The notes under the pieces are model-generated. The model did no database searches, was not told the DNA's origin, and worked only from the letters and a program-made list of their open reading frames with translations. From Planctomycetota bacterium (GTDB lineage: Bacteria; Planctomycetota; PLA2; JAEUHO01): a stretch of 64,000 nt of DNA. The DNA is taken from positions 1 through 64,000 of the forward strand of contig CBDCWP010000031.1 in assembly GCA_965223505.1 (NCBI GenBank), given 5' to 3'. This document shows, piece by piece, positions 16,863-27,186 of the stretch. How positions within the stretch are numbered: position 1 is the first letter of the stretch; each line of letters begins with the position of its first letter. The position numbers were made by a program, and so were the translations under genes.

Positions 16863-19040
16863 CTACTGGAACAACATCTGGTGGTAGGAGGGGAAGGGCC
16901 AGAGGGCTTCGTCGGTGCGGCGCTCGATCGTGTCGCACGCTTCGCGCAGCTTGCTCATGGCCGGAATCATCTCCGCCACCAGCCACTCGGCGTGCGCCGG
17001 CGCATCGCCGTGCGGCGCGCCCTTGAGCGCGGCGCGGACCGCGTTCACACCCTGGATCGTCTCCTGGATGACCGCGCAGTACGCCTCGAACTCCACCTTC
17101 TGCTCGGGGAGCTCGGCGCCGCACGCCGTGGCCGACTGGATCGCGTCCGCCATCTGCTTCTGCTGCTCGTAGGCGGCCGGCAGCACGCCGGTCTTCGCCA
17201 TCCGCAGCATCTGGATCGCCTCGATCTCGAGCATGGTGTTGTACCGCTCGATGCGCACGTTGTACCGCGCCTTCAGCTCGTGCGCCTTCAGTACGCCGTA
17301 CTTCTCGAACAGCGCCGCGGTGTCCTCGTCGACGAGCGCGGCGAGCGCCGCAGGCGTGTTCGTCAGGTTCGGCAGTCCGCGGCGAGCGGCCTCTTCGACC
17401 CACTCCTCGCCGTAGTTGTTGCCGTTGAAGACGATGTCCTTGACCGCGCCGTAGACCTCGCGAACGACGGCGAGAATCGCCTCGTTGCGGTCCTGGCCGG
17501 CGTCGCGGCGAGCCTTGAGCTTCTCCGCCATGAGGTCGAGCGACTCGGCGACGGCCAGGTTCAGGAACGACATCGGCATCGAGTTGGACTGGCTCGAGCC
17601 CACCGCACGGAACTCGAATTTGTTGCCCGTGAAGGCGAACGGCGAGGTGCGGTTGCGGTCCGTGTTGTCCTTGCGAACGTCCGGGAGGACGCCCAGGCCC
17701 GTCTGGATGAAGGCGTCGGCGTCGGCCGCGACCGACTTCTCCTCGAGCAGCATGTCGAGGATGTGCGTCAAGCGATCGCCCAGGAACGCCGAGATGATCG
17801 CCGGCGGAGCCTCGTTGGCGCCCAGACGGTGGTCGTTGCCCACGCTCGCGATGCTCGCGCGCAGCAGGCTCGCGCGGCGATGCACGGCCTGGAGCACGGC
17901 GGTCAGGAAGAAGAGGAACTCGACGTTCTGGTCCGGGTTGTCGCCCGGATCCAGGAGGTTCTTCCCCGTGTCGTCGGCCATCGACCAGTTGTTGTGCTTG
18001 CCCGAGCCGTTGACGCCGTCGAACGGCTTCTCGTGCAGCAGCACCGCGAGTCCGCGGCGACGCGCGACCTTGCGCATGATGTCCATGAGCATGTGGTTCT
18101 GGTCGGAGGCGACGTTGATCGGCTGATAGATGGGAGCCGCTTCGTACTGGTGCGGCGCGACCTCGTTGTGCCGCGTCTTGACCGGAATGCCGAGACGCCA
18201 AGCTTCGGCCTCGACCTCGCCCATGAAGTTGAGCGCGGTCTCGTCGATGGTGCCGAAGTAGTTGTCCTCCATCTGCTGGCCCTTCGGCGGCGCGGCGCCC
18301 AGCACCGTGCGGCCCGTCACCTCGAGGTCCGGGCGTCCGTCGAACCAGTTGCGGTCGATGAGGAAGTACTCCTGCTCGGCGCCGAGTGTCGAAGTGACGT
18401 TGCGGCAGTCGCGGTCCATGAGCCGCAAGACGGCCGACGCGGACTTGCTCAGCTCGCGCATGGAGCGCAGCAGCGGGGTTTTCTTGTCGAGCGCTTCGCC
18501 GGTGTACGAGACGAACACCGACGGGATGGTGAGCGTTCCGCCGTGTTCGTTGAAGATCAGGAACGCGGGCGACGTCGGATCCCACGCGGTGTAGCCGCGC
18601 GCTTCGAACGTGCTGCGCATGCCGCCGCTCGGAAACGACGACGCGTCGGGCTCGGCCTGGATCAGGTCGCGGCCGGCGAAGCTCTCGATGGGCGCATCCT
18701 CGTCCAGCGAGAGGAAGGCGTCGTGCTTCTCGGCGGTGGCGCCGGTGAGCGGCTGGAACCAATGCGTGTAGTGCGTCGCGCCGCGTTCGACCGCCCAGTC
18801 CTTCATGGCGCCGGCGACGTGATCGGCCAGGCCCGTGTCGAGCGGCTCACCGGTGCGGATCGTCGCCTGGATCGCCTCGAAGATGGGCCGGGGCAGGCGC
18901 TTGCGCATCTCGCCCAGGCTGAAGGTGTGGGAGCCGAATGACGCCGATGCGGGCGTCGACGGTCCGCTGGACGCGGACGCCTTGGACGGGTTCACGGAAG
19001 ACATCTCCGGGGAGTGCGTGCGGATTCCTGCTGCCATCAT
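16863..19040 (-). CDS. glnA: Glutamine synthetase type III
   Basis: 725 aa. HYTHWFQPLTGATAEKHD, EPDASSFPSGG, GAEQEYF, HEKPFDGVNGSGKHNNWS, TDRNRTSPFAFTGNKFEFRA. Confidence 0.96.
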   Translation of the reverse strand: MMAAGIRTHSPEMSSVNPSKASASSGPSTPASASFGSHTFSLGEMRKRLPRPIFEAIQATIRTGEPLDTGLADHVAGAMKDWAVERGATHYTHWFQPLTGATAEKHDAFLSLDEDAPIESFAGRDLIQAEPDASSFPSGGMRSTFEARGYTAWDPTSPAFLIFNEHGGTLTIPSVFVSYTGEALDKKTPLLRSMRELSKSASAVLRLMDRDCRNVTSTLGAEQEYFLIDRNWFDGRPDLEVTGRTVLGAAPPKGQQMEDNYFGTIDETALNFMGEVEAEAWRLGIPVKTRHNEVAPHQYEAAPIYQPINVASDQNHMLMDIMRKVARRRGLAVLLHEKPFDGVNGSGKHNNWSMADDTGKNLLDPGDNPDQNVEFLFFLTAVLQAVHRRASLLRASIASVGNDHRLGANEAPPAIISAFLGDRLTHILDMLLEEKSVAADADAFIQTGLGVLPDVRKDNTDRNRTSPFAFTGNKFEFRAVGSSQSNSMPMSFLNLAVAESLDLMAEKLKARRDAGQDRNEAILAVVREVYGAVKDIVFNGNNYGEEWVEEAARRGLPNLTNTPAALAALVDEDTAALFEKYGVLKAHELKARYNVRIERYNTMLEIEAIQMLRMAKTGVLPAAYEQQKQMADAIQSATACGAELPEQKVEFEAYCAVIQETIQGVNAVRAALKGAPHGDAPAHAEWLVAEMIPAMSKLREACDTIERRTDEALWPFPSYHQMLFQ

Positions 19041-19154
19041 TCATCCTCTCGTCAGGCCGCCGGGATTTTGCATCAACCGGGCGACAGCGGCTCCCCAGGT
19101 GTCGTTATCGCACCATGAGACCTGACGATGGCGGACGGCATGCCGGGGACGGCA

Positions 19155-20426
19155 TCAGCCGTAGAGGTACATGGCGCGGAGCCCGGCCATGTACGCGGGC
19201 GCGACCTCGGAGAGCCTGCGGCTGTCCTGGAGGAGAACCTCCAGCTGTCGGAGGAATTGCAGGAGGTTCGCCAACGCGTCCGGACGCTTCTCGCGAAGCT
19301 CGTAGGCCAGCACCTGCGCCACGCCGAGCGGGTCGCCCTCCAGCTTCAGCCACGCGAGGATCTCCCCGACCGCTTCGACCTTCTCTTCCGTGTCTAGCGG
19401 CATGGGCTCTTCGCTCAGGAGCAGCTTCATCACGATGCGGGCGCGCAGCTCGGTGGACTTGCGGTTGATGAACATCTCCTTGAGCGCGGCGGGCGACTCG
19501 GGGTCGTCCGCCCGATAGCGGTCCAGGACGGCTTCCAGATACCAGGCCACGACGAACGGATCGAAGTCGTCCCCGAACACGCGGGCCTTGACCGCCGCTG
19601 CGCGACTCCAGTCGCCGGCCGCGATCCGTGCCGTGTAGAGCAGGGCCAGGTCGATCCGATCCTGGTTGCTCGTCGACCGCTCCAGCCGCTTCTCGTACTC
19701 GTCGAGCAGCTCGCGGCCGCGAGGGTCTTCCGAGCGGCCCAAGGCGACCGCCGCAGCCGCCCAGTTGGGGCGTTCCTCGCGCCGCTTCGACTGCAGCACC
19801 TCGTAGAGCACGGCCAGGTCCTGCTCGCGCTCCGGATAGGGCGCCGCCTGCATCGCCGTGTGCGCCGCCATCGCCTTGAACTGGGCGGCGCTGCGGGATC
19901 GGAACTCCTCCACCATGATCCGGACCGGGCGCTCGTTGGCCTGCCGGATGGCGTGGAAGAAGTAGGGCACCGCGGTCATGTCGGGTGTCCGGGCGATCTC
20001 GCGCAGCCGCGCATCCGCCCACGGATGCGGCCGCTCGGTCAGCGCCACCAGCGCCCGGTGTCCGGCCGGGCTCGGCTTTCCCCGTGACGCGTCCGTCCAG
20101 CCGAGCGTCGTCAGGGCCAGCTCTCCGAACCGGCGGGTGTCCGCCGACGTCATGGCGCCGGCGCGCTGCGGCCAGATGGCGTCCAGCGCACGACCCGGGC
20201 GCCGTAGCTGCAGGTAGACGCGCGCGGCGTACCAGCGGTCGTCGTCGTTGTCGAAGCTGGCCTGGTACGACTCGAGGCGCGCCAACACGCGCTTCTGTTG
20301 GGACGCGTCATGCACGAGCGCGTCGATCTGCTCCCGCATCTCTTCGCGGGCGGGGTCGGACAGCGCCCGCACGGCCACGAAGGCGAGGATGGCCAGGATC
20401 GCGAGGGGGGGCAGGATGCGGCGCAC
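19155..20426 (-). CDS. Exported or membrane-anchored helical-repeat (TPR/HEAT-like) hypothetical protein
   Basis: GTG 20426 gives the signal MRRILPPLAILAILAFVAVRA. All-helical composition with host codon bias. Confidence 0.7.
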   Translation of the reverse strand: MRRILPPLAILAILAFVAVRALSDPAREEMREQIDALVHDASQQKRVLARLESYQASFDNDDDRWYAARVYLQLRRPGRALDAIWPQRAGAMTSADTRRFGELALTTLGWTDASRGKPSPAGHRALVALTERPHPWADARLREIARTPDMTAVPYFFHAIRQANERPVRIMVEEFRSRSAAQFKAMAAHTAMQAAPYPEREQDLAVLYEVLQSKRREERPNWAAAAVALGRSEDPRGRELLDEYEKRLERSTSNQDRIDLALLYTARIAAGDWSRAAAVKARVFGDDFDPFVVAWYLEAVLDRYRADDPESPAALKEMFINRKSTELRARIVMKLLLSEEPMPLDTEEKVEAVGEILAWLKLEGDPLGVAQVLAYELREKRPDALANLLQFLRQLEVLLQDSRRLSEVAPAYMAGLRAMYLYG

Positions 20427-20594
20427 GGGCGTCTCTCTGGAGGACCGCCGGGAGAACGTCGGGCCTCGACGACCCATTCCTCGGGCGTTGAAGAACCCGT
20501 CGACCGAGTAGGCGGCCGTTCGGCGGCGCGACCCTACCATGTAGGCTGGTGGCGCGCGGTGTAGCCGCGCACCGATCCGGAACCGGAGAATTCC

Positions 20595-21008
20595 ATGCGA
20601 GTCATCGTCTGCACGCTCTTGCTCATGCCCCTGGTCCTCGGCGTGGCCGTCCTAGCCGCCCGCGGGGACGACGGGGAGATCGACCGTTCGACGCTCGAGC
20701 TCAAGGACCGCGTCAAGGCCCTCGAGTTGGAGGTGCAGTACCTGCGTTCGCGCGACAAGGCGATCACGGCCTACGTCCTCGGCAACGAGGCGCGTGCCAA
20801 GGGCCTCGATGACATCGCGTCCAAGTGCCGCCGCGAGGGCTTCACACAGCGGGCCATTCCGGCCGACTCTCGCGAGACGTTGCTCCAGGGCATGAACGCG
20901 CTGGCGACGCACATGCGCAAGGACCTCCCGGCGATCACCAAGGAGGAGGCCGCGCTCCTCGAGCAGATGGAACGCCTCCTGAAGGGTTCCAAGGCGGCGG
21001 GCGAATAG
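20595..21008 (+). CDS. Exported coiled-coil hypothetical protein
   Basis: GGAG RBS, hydrophobic signal peptide, heptad LKDRVKALELEVQYL. Confidence 0.75.
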   Translation: MRVIVCTLLLMPLVLGVAVLAARGDDGEIDRSTLELKDRVKALELEVQYLRSRDKAITAYVLGNEARAKGLDDIASKCRREGFTQRAIPADSRETLLQGMNALATHMRKDLPAITKEEAALLEQMERLLKGSKAAGE

Positions 21009-21072
21009 CCGCTACCACTGCGCGCGACGATGCTCTCGTTGCGCCGCGCTCCGTCGCGGCACCCCGTTTCGT

Positions 21073-22533
21073 CTATCCGTCGCGGCGGGCGATCCGGCGG
21101 CGCAGGCGGTCCGCGCGGTGACGCAACGCGTCCTCCGCCCGCGAACCGGCGTCGACCTTCGTGAGCGCCTCCGTCGTCCAGCGTAGCGCCTCGTCGAAGT
21201 CGCCGAGACGATGCTCGTAGATCTTCGCGACGTGCTCGTACGCGTCGGGATCGAACATCGCGCCCGAGACCGCCACCGACGTCCAGTGCTTCAGCGCGCC
21301 GTCGACGTCGCCGGACTGGCGACAGAGGCGGCCGAGAAGGCGCGCGAGCGGCAACGCCTCCTCGCCGTCGGCGTCCCGAAGTCCCGCCTCGAGGCAGCGG
21401 CGTGCCCGATCCCGTTCGCCGAGGTCGAGCAGCAACCGCGCCGTGCCGAGCTGATCGCCGGGGCGTGCAACCCGCCCGAGGGGGTCCTGGAGCGTCTTTC
21501 CGATGCGCGCCATCAGCACGATCATGCTCACCACGTCGATCTCGTTGTGGCGGAACGCGAAGGCGATCGCCGACGAGTCGCCCGAACGGAGGAAGTCGAA
21601 GTACGCGGAGGGGATGCGCCACCCCGGCAGGTCGTCTCCGCGGCCCAGCTCCAGCACGTGGCGTTCGAGCGCGCCGAGCGAGTGCGAGTGCAGCGTGCGC
21701 GCCCAGATCCGTCGCGCGGCGGGCAGCAAGTCGAGGTGGGCGCGCGCGGCGGGGCGCATGCGGTGCATGCTCCACCGCGTCAGCAGCAGCGGCCAGTCGA
21801 AGCAGCGTCCGTTGAAGCTGACGAGCGGCGCGTCGCCGACGTCCTCCATCAGCGCGTGGAGCAGCGCGGCCTCCTCGGGGTAGTCGCGCATGCAGTACTG
21901 CCGCACGACGAACGCGCCCGACGCGCCGGCGTCATCCGACTCGACGGCGCCCGTGCCGACGAGGAACGCGACGGTGCCGGTGCCGCCCGAAAGCCCGGTC
22001 GTCTCCGTGTCGATGAACACCGCATCCTCAGCGCACAAGCGTGCAGGTTCCGCCGAGGTGTCCGTGCCTGGCTTGGCCTCGTGCGCACGGAGTGGAACGG
22101 GATGGTCGAGCGCGGCATGCAGCGGCGTGTTCCCGTGCAGCGCCGTCAACGGGTAGCGACGCTCGACGTACAAGAACGTGCCGAACGGCGTCTCGCGCTC
22201 GACGCCGCCGACGCGCTCCCGCAACGTGGCGTCCTGCGCCTCGACGGCGTGTGACTCGAACGGGCGCTCCGCGATCGCCGGCGGCTTGAGGTCGAGCCGC
22301 ACCGGCTCCTTGTCGTCGGCGTCGACCTTCCGCGGCGCGCTCGACGCGGTATGGACGCCGAGGGCCTCGAGCCGCGCGCGAAGCTCGGGCGTCAGGCGAC
22401 GTCCCTTCGACGGCTGTTCGCCGTCGTCGCCCGGCGTCGGCTCGACCTGACGCAGCATGGGGATGTTGCGCGGTGACGAAACGGGAGCGCCGTCCGAGAG
22501 GATGCGTCGAATGCGGTCGGAAGCTGAGCTCAA
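21073..22533 (-). CDS. mrfB: RNase H-like (DEDDh) exonuclease with TPR tail, YprB/MrfB family
   Basis: FIDTETTGL, FNGRCFDWP, HLDLL, DLPGWRIP, HNEIDV; C-terminal TPR-like helices (AKIYEH). Confidence 0.85.
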   Translation of the reverse strand: MSSASDRIRRILSDGAPVSSPRNIPMLRQVEPTPGDDGEQPSKGRRLTPELRARLEALGVHTASSAPRKVDADDKEPVRLDLKPPAIAERPFESHAVEAQDATLRERVGGVERETPFGTFLYVERRYPLTALHGNTPLHAALDHPVPLRAHEAKPGTDTSAEPARLCAEDAVFIDTETTGLSGGTGTVAFLVGTGAVESDDAGASGAFVVRQYCMRDYPEEAALLHALMEDVGDAPLVSFNGRCFDWPLLLTRWSMHRMRPAARAHLDLLPAARRIWARTLHSHSLGALERHVLELGRGDDLPGWRIPSAYFDFLRSGDSSAIAFAFRHNEIDVVSMIVLMARIGKTLQDPLGRVARPGDQLGTARLLLDLGERDRARRCLEAGLRDADGEEALPLARLLGRLCRQSGDVDGALKHWTSVAVSGAMFDPDAYEHVAKIYEHRLGDFDEALRWTTEALTKVDAGSRAEDALRHRADRLRRRIARRDG

Positions 22534-22642
22534 CGATGAGGGAGTCCGGGTACCACGGTCGTCGCTCTACGAACGCTCAGCGTAGCCCGTCGGTTACGTG
22601 ATGCACGGAATCTCGTTCGAACGAACGGCCTGAAAGGAGCGA

Positions 22643-23854
22643 TCAAGCGCCGACTTCCAACGCAAGACACGAGGCGTCGTCTTCGAGGCCGCCGACGCCG
22701 CGCCATGCATGCACCGACTGCATCAGCTCCGGGAGCGATGCATCCAGTTCCTTGTCGCGTTGCCGCGACACACAGTCCACGAGGCGGTCGTACCCATAGT
22801 GCACGCCGTCGCCGTTGCGAGCCTCGGTGAGGCCGTCGGAGTACACGTAGAGCCGGTCGCCCGGGCGCAGCTTCAGTTTCGCCTGCTCGAACGACAGTCC
22901 TTCGAGGATGCCGATGGGGGGGCCGGTGGCCTCGAGCATGCGGGGTGGCTGGTCGTTCGAGATCAGCACGGGGCCGGGATGACCCGCGGTGACGTACTCG
23001 AGCTCCCGCGACTGGGTGTCGTACACGCCGTACATCAGGGTGAAGAACTGGCCCGTGCTGGCGCCGTGCGCAAATCGATGGTTCAGCCGCCGCGCCACCT
23101 CGACCGGATTGGTGACGAGCGTGGCGCCGTCCTCGGCTCCATGACGGGTCAACAGCGAGGACTGCTCCGGGGACGGGACCAGGACGCGGCTCAGCGTCAC
23201 CGAGAGCAGGGCGGCCTGTACGCCGTGGCCGCTCACGTCGAGCAGATAGAATCCGGCGTGCCGGTCGTCCAGGGGAAACACGTTGAGAATGTCGCCCGCC
23301 AGCTCGTCGCACGGCTCGAAGCGCCACGCGAAGTCGATGCCCGGGAACACGGGCAGGATGCTCGGCAAGAGTGATTGCTGGATCCGTGCCGCCGCCGCCA
23401 AATCCTCGGTCATGCGTTGATGGGTGCGGGAGAGCTCCGCGTAGGCGTCCCCGAGCTCGGCGTTTCGCTGAGCGAGCGTGTGCTGGAGCTCCGTGACGCG
23501 AATGCCCGCGCGCAGGCGCACGCGCAGCTCGTCGCGATCGAACGGCTTGGTCAGGAAGTCGTCCGCGCCCGCGGACATGGCCTCGACGAGGTCCTGCTTC
23601 TCCTGCCGCGCGGTCAGGAGGATGACGTATGCGTAACGATCGCCCTTGCGCTCGCGGATGTGCTCGAGCAGCTCGACCCCGTCCATGCCGGGCATCATCC
23701 AGTCGCTGATGACGATCGGGAACGCGCCGGCTCGAAAGGCGTCCCATGCTTCATCGCCCGAGCTCGTCGCAGTGACCTCGTGGCCCCACTTCTCGAGCGT
23801 GCGTTTCAAGCTGTGCAGCGAGACCGGATCGTCTTCCGCGAGCAGGATCTTCAC
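22643..23854 (-). CDS. Receiver-domain PP2C phosphatase (SpoIIE/RsbU-like)
   Basis: KILLAEDD...DWMMPGMDG...KP receiver; [35 protein letters not shown] overlap with the kinase stop. Confidence 0.93.
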   Translation of the reverse strand: MKILLAEDDPVSLHSLKRTLEKWGHEVTATSSGDEAWDAFRAGAFPIVISDWMMPGMDGVELLEHIRERKGDRYAYVILLTARQEKQDLVEAMSAGADDFLTKPFDRDELRVRLRAGIRVTELQHTLAQRNAELGDAYAELSRTHQRMTEDLAAAARIQQSLLPSILPVFPGIDFAWRFEPCDELAGDILNVFPLDDRHAGFYLLDVSGHGVQAALLSVTLSRVLVPSPEQSSLLTRHGAEDGATLVTNPVEVARRLNHRFAHGASTGQFFTLMYGVYDTQSRELEYVTAGHPGPVLISNDQPPRMLEATGPPIGILEGLSFEQAKLKLRPGDRLYVYSDGLTEARNGDGVHYGYDRLVDCVSRQRDKELDASLPELMQSVHAWRGVGGLEDDASCLALEVGA

Positions 23855-26800
23855 GCCGTCGGATCCGCCGCAAGCTCGTGCATGGCTTCGTCGAGCTTCG
23901 TCAACGCGGCCTCGAGCGATTCCAACGCCCGGCTGCATTCCGCAAGATCGCCCTTCTCACCGATCTGCTCGAGTCGATGGGCGGCTTCGAACGCGTCCTT
24001 CGCCATGAAGTTGCCGATCGAGCCCTTCAAGAGGTGCGCGTTGCGGCGCAGCGCTTCCGCGTCGCCCTCCTGCACCGATGCGCGCACGTTCTCCAACATC
24101 GCCGGGTAGCTCTGCAGGAAGATCGTGGCGAGCTCACCCAGCAGCTCCTCGTCGCCGTCGACCTTGGCCAGCGCTTCGGTCATGTCGATCACGGGCGTCT
24201 CGGACACGGGGTCGACGGCCGGCGGCGGCTGGACCGGATCGGCATCGGCGACGGCTTCGGCGACCGCCTCGGTGAGGCGCTTGGCGTCGATCGGCTTGGA
24301 GAGATAGCCGTCCATGCCCGCGTCGAGGCAGCGTTCGCGGTCGCCCTTCATGGCGTGCGCGGTCATCGCGACGATCGGGATGTGGCGGCCCGTGTCCTTT
24401 TCGTGCGCACGAATCGCGGCCGTCGCTTCGAGGCCGTCCATCTCCGGCATCTGCACGTCCATCAGGACCAGGTCGAAGTGCGGGTCTTCTGTCAGACGTT
24501 CCACGCATTCCCTGCCGTTGTCGACCACGTGCACGTCGTGTCCGCGCTTCTCGAGCAGCCGAACGGCCAGCTTCTGATTGATGAAGTTGTCTTCGGCGAG
24601 AAGGATGCGATGGGATCGAATGCGTTCTTCCACAGGAGGCTCCACCCTGGACCGGACCGAAGGCTCCGCGTCCGCCGGGGTCAGCGTGCCCACGATCGCA
24701 TCGAACAGCTCCGATTGCTTGATCGGCTTCATCAGGGCCCGCATGCGCAGATCGTTCGCACGCGACGAGGTCTGCGCGCTCGCACCCGAGCTGAGGAGGA
24801 GCATCGACACCGACGCCAGGTCCGGATGCTCCCGGATACGCTGCGCCAGCTCGAGGCCGTCCATCTCCGGCATCTGGTAGTCGAGCAAGACGAGGCCGTA
24901 AGGCGAGCCGCCGTTCGCTGCACGCTCCATCGCCGCCAGCGCGCTCGAGGCACTCTCGACGGACGTCGGCCGCATCTGCCAACTCTCGAGCACGTCGTTG
25001 AGGATGCGCCGGTTGGTGGCGTTGTCGTCGACGATGAGCACGGCGAGGTCGCGTAGCGTCTCGTCGGACGTGGCCGTGGGCGAGCGACCGGCCCCGGGAT
25101 CGAGTCCCAGGACGATCGGGAAGTGAAACGTGCTTCCGACCCCCGGCTCGCTCTCCACGTCGATGTGGCCGCCCATCAGCGCGACGAGCTGCGACGTGAT
25201 GGCCAACCCCAGTCCCGTGCCGCCGAACTTGCGCGTCGTCGAGGCGTCGGCCTGAGAGAACGCTTCGAAGATCCTCTCGCGCGTGTCGGCGTCGATGCCG
25301 ATGCCGGTGTCGCGAACGGAGAAACGGAGCCGGGCCTGCTCCTCGTCGATCGACGTCACGTCGACCCGCGTGACGACCTCGCCGATCTCCGTGAACTTGA
25401 TCGCGTTGCCGACCAGGTTCACCAGGATCTGCCGCAGGCGTACGGGGTCGCCCACGACGCCGTCCGGCACCTCGGCATCGACCTCCCAGGCTAGCTCGAT
25501 GCGTTTCTGATGCGCGCGGGCTGCCAGGCCGCGCAAGGTGTCGCCCAACGTCTCGCGCAAGCTGAATCCCGTTCGCTCGAGCTCGAGCTTGCCCGCCTCG
25601 ATCTTCGAGAAGTCGAGGATGTCGTTGATGATCGTGAGCAGCGCGTCCGCGGACTGCTTCGCCGACTGCAGGTAGTCGCGTTGCTCTTTGGTGAGGTCGG
25701 TCTCGAGCGCGAGCTCCGTCATGCCGATCACGCCGTTCATCGGCGTGCGGATCTCGTGGCTCATGTTGGCGAGGAACTCGCTCTTCGCCCGCGTCGCGCT
25801 CTCCGCGCGCTCCTTCGCGACGCGCAGCGCTTCGTTCGCGCGGTTGCGCTCGAGCACGCGGCCCACCTGTTCCCCGACGGTGCCGACGATGTTGAGCAAG
25901 TCGTTGTCGGGCGCCATCTCCGCGCCCGAGAAGAACTCGAGCACGGCGACGACGTCGCCGTCGACCTTGATGGGGAAGCCGAACGCTCCGCGAACGCCGA
26001 TGTCGTCGCACAGCGTGGCGCGTGGAAAGTTGTCGTCCTCTTGGACGTTCTCGATCCACGCGGGCGATCCCGACTGCCAAATCCTGCCGGGCAACCCGAT
26101 GCCTTTCTCGAACTCGGTCTGCGCGGTGATGTCGGTGAACTGCTCGAATGCCTGCCCAGGGGCCCGATGCCAGATGCCCGTGCTTCGAAGGCGGCTCCCG
26201 GTCTTGTTGGGCGCGTACACGTGGCCCACCGGCCATCCCGCCATGGTGCAGACGGCGCTGACGCAGTTCTGGAGTGCATCGACGAACGACTTGGACTCCG
26301 CGGCGAACGACGTGACACGATTCACGAGGCGCGCTTCGAGTGCCCGCTTGGCACGGAGCCGGCGCGCGCGCTTGATGTCCGTGATGTCGCGGGCAGCCGT
26401 GTAGAGGATGCCGCGCTCGACGTCGGGGACGCCGGACCAGTCGAGCCAGACCCAGGAACCGTCCTTGCGACGATAGCGGTTCTCGAAGTGCGTCGTCTCT
26501 TCTCCTTCGACGAGCTTCTTGAACTGCGCGGCGGTCGCGGCGCGGTCGTCGGGGTGAACGAGCTCGAAAGGCGGCATCGCCTTGAGCTCGTCGATGGTGT
26601 AGCCGAGCACCCGCTCGTAGGCGGCATTCACGCGCAGGAATTCGCCGTTCGCTCGTCGCACGCTGAGCATGTCGAGCGAGAGGTTGAAGAACCGATCGCG
26701 ATCCGCTTCTGCTTCCCTGCGGTCCGTGATGTCTCTCGTCACGGCGGTGAAGAGTCGCCGGGTGCCGCCCTGGACCTCGTTGAGGCCGAGCTCCATCGGG

Positions 26801-27072
26801 AACCGCGTGCCGTCGCGTCGAACGCCCTCGATCTCGTGCATCTCGGCGGCGGGTGGGTCGTCATCCGTGCGGAGGTACGCCGTGACGCGCGCGTCGTGAG
26901 CGGCGCGGTATTCCTCCGGCATCAGCAGTCGGAGGCTGTGCCCGACGAGCTCGTCTTCGCTGTAGCCGAACATGCTCTCGACGGCGGCGTTGAGCGACTG
27001 GATCGTTCCGTGCTCGTCGAACGTCAGGATGCCGTCGAGGGCGGCGTCGAGGATGTCCTTGTTGCGTGCCAA
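23851..27072 (-). CDS. Hybrid sensor histidine kinase: PAS-PAS-GAF-HisKA-HATPase-REC-REC-Hpt (cytoplasmic)
   Basis: [38 protein letters not shown], two receivers and an Hpt motif AHLLKGS; no TM segment. Likely TTG start at 27072 after GAGAGGG (track start 27129). Confidence 0.95.
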   Translation of the reverse strand: MARNKDILDAALDGILTFDEHGTIQSLNAAVESMFGYSEDELVGHSLRLLMPEEYRAAHDARVTAYLRTDDDPPAAEMHEIEGVRRDGTRFPMELGLNEVQGGTRRLFTAVTRDITDRREAEADRDRFFNLSLDMLSVRRANGEFLRVNAAYERVLGYTIDELKAMPPFELVHPDDRAATAAQFKKLVEGEETTHFENRYRRKDGSWVWLDWSGVPDVERGILYTAARDITDIKRARRLRAKRALEARLVNRVTSFAAESKSFVDALQNCVSAVCTMAGWPVGHVYAPNKTGSRLRSTGIWHRAPGQAFEQFTDITAQTEFEKGIGLPGRIWQSGSPAWIENVQEDDNFPRATLCDDIGVRGAFGFPIKVDGDVVAVLEFFSGAEMAPDNDLLNIVGTVGEQVGRVLERNRANEALRVAKERAESATRAKSEFLANMSHEIRTPMNGVIGMTELALETDLTKEQRDYLQSAKQSADALLTIINDILDFSKIEAGKLELERTGFSLRETLGDTLRGLAARAHQKRIELAWEVDAEVPDGVVGDPVRLRQILVNLVGNAIKFTEIGEVVTRVDVTSIDEEQARLRFSVRDTGIGIDADTRERIFEAFSQADASTTRKFGGTGLGLAITSQLVALMGGHIDVESEPGVGSTFHFPIVLGLDPGAGRSPTATSDETLRDLAVLIVDDNATNRRILNDVLESWQMRPTSVESASSALAAMERAANGGSPYGLVLLDYQMPEMDGLELAQRIREHPDLASVSMLLLSSGASAQTSSRANDLRMRALMKPIKQSELFDAIVGTLTPADAEPSVRSRVEPPVEERIRSHRILLAEDNFINQKLAVRLLEKRGHDVHVVDNGRECVERLTEDPHFDLVLMDVQMPEMDGLEATAAIRAHEKDTGRHIPIVAMTAHAMKGDRERCLDAGMDGYLSKPIDAKRLTEAVAEAVADADPVQPPPAVDPVSETPVIDMTEALAKVDGDEELLGELATIFLQSYPAMLENVRASVQEGDAEALRRNAHLLKGSIGNFMAKDAFEAAHRLEQIGEKGDLAECSRALESLEAALTKLDEAMHELAADPTA

Positions 27073-27186
27073 TCCGAGTCCCTCTCGTAGGCGCGAGACA
27101 GTCAACCATAGCCCGCCGTTCGCTTCCAAAGCGACGGCGCGCGGGCCTTTATGTACGTAAAGACGCCTGAATCCAGCGGTGTGTGC

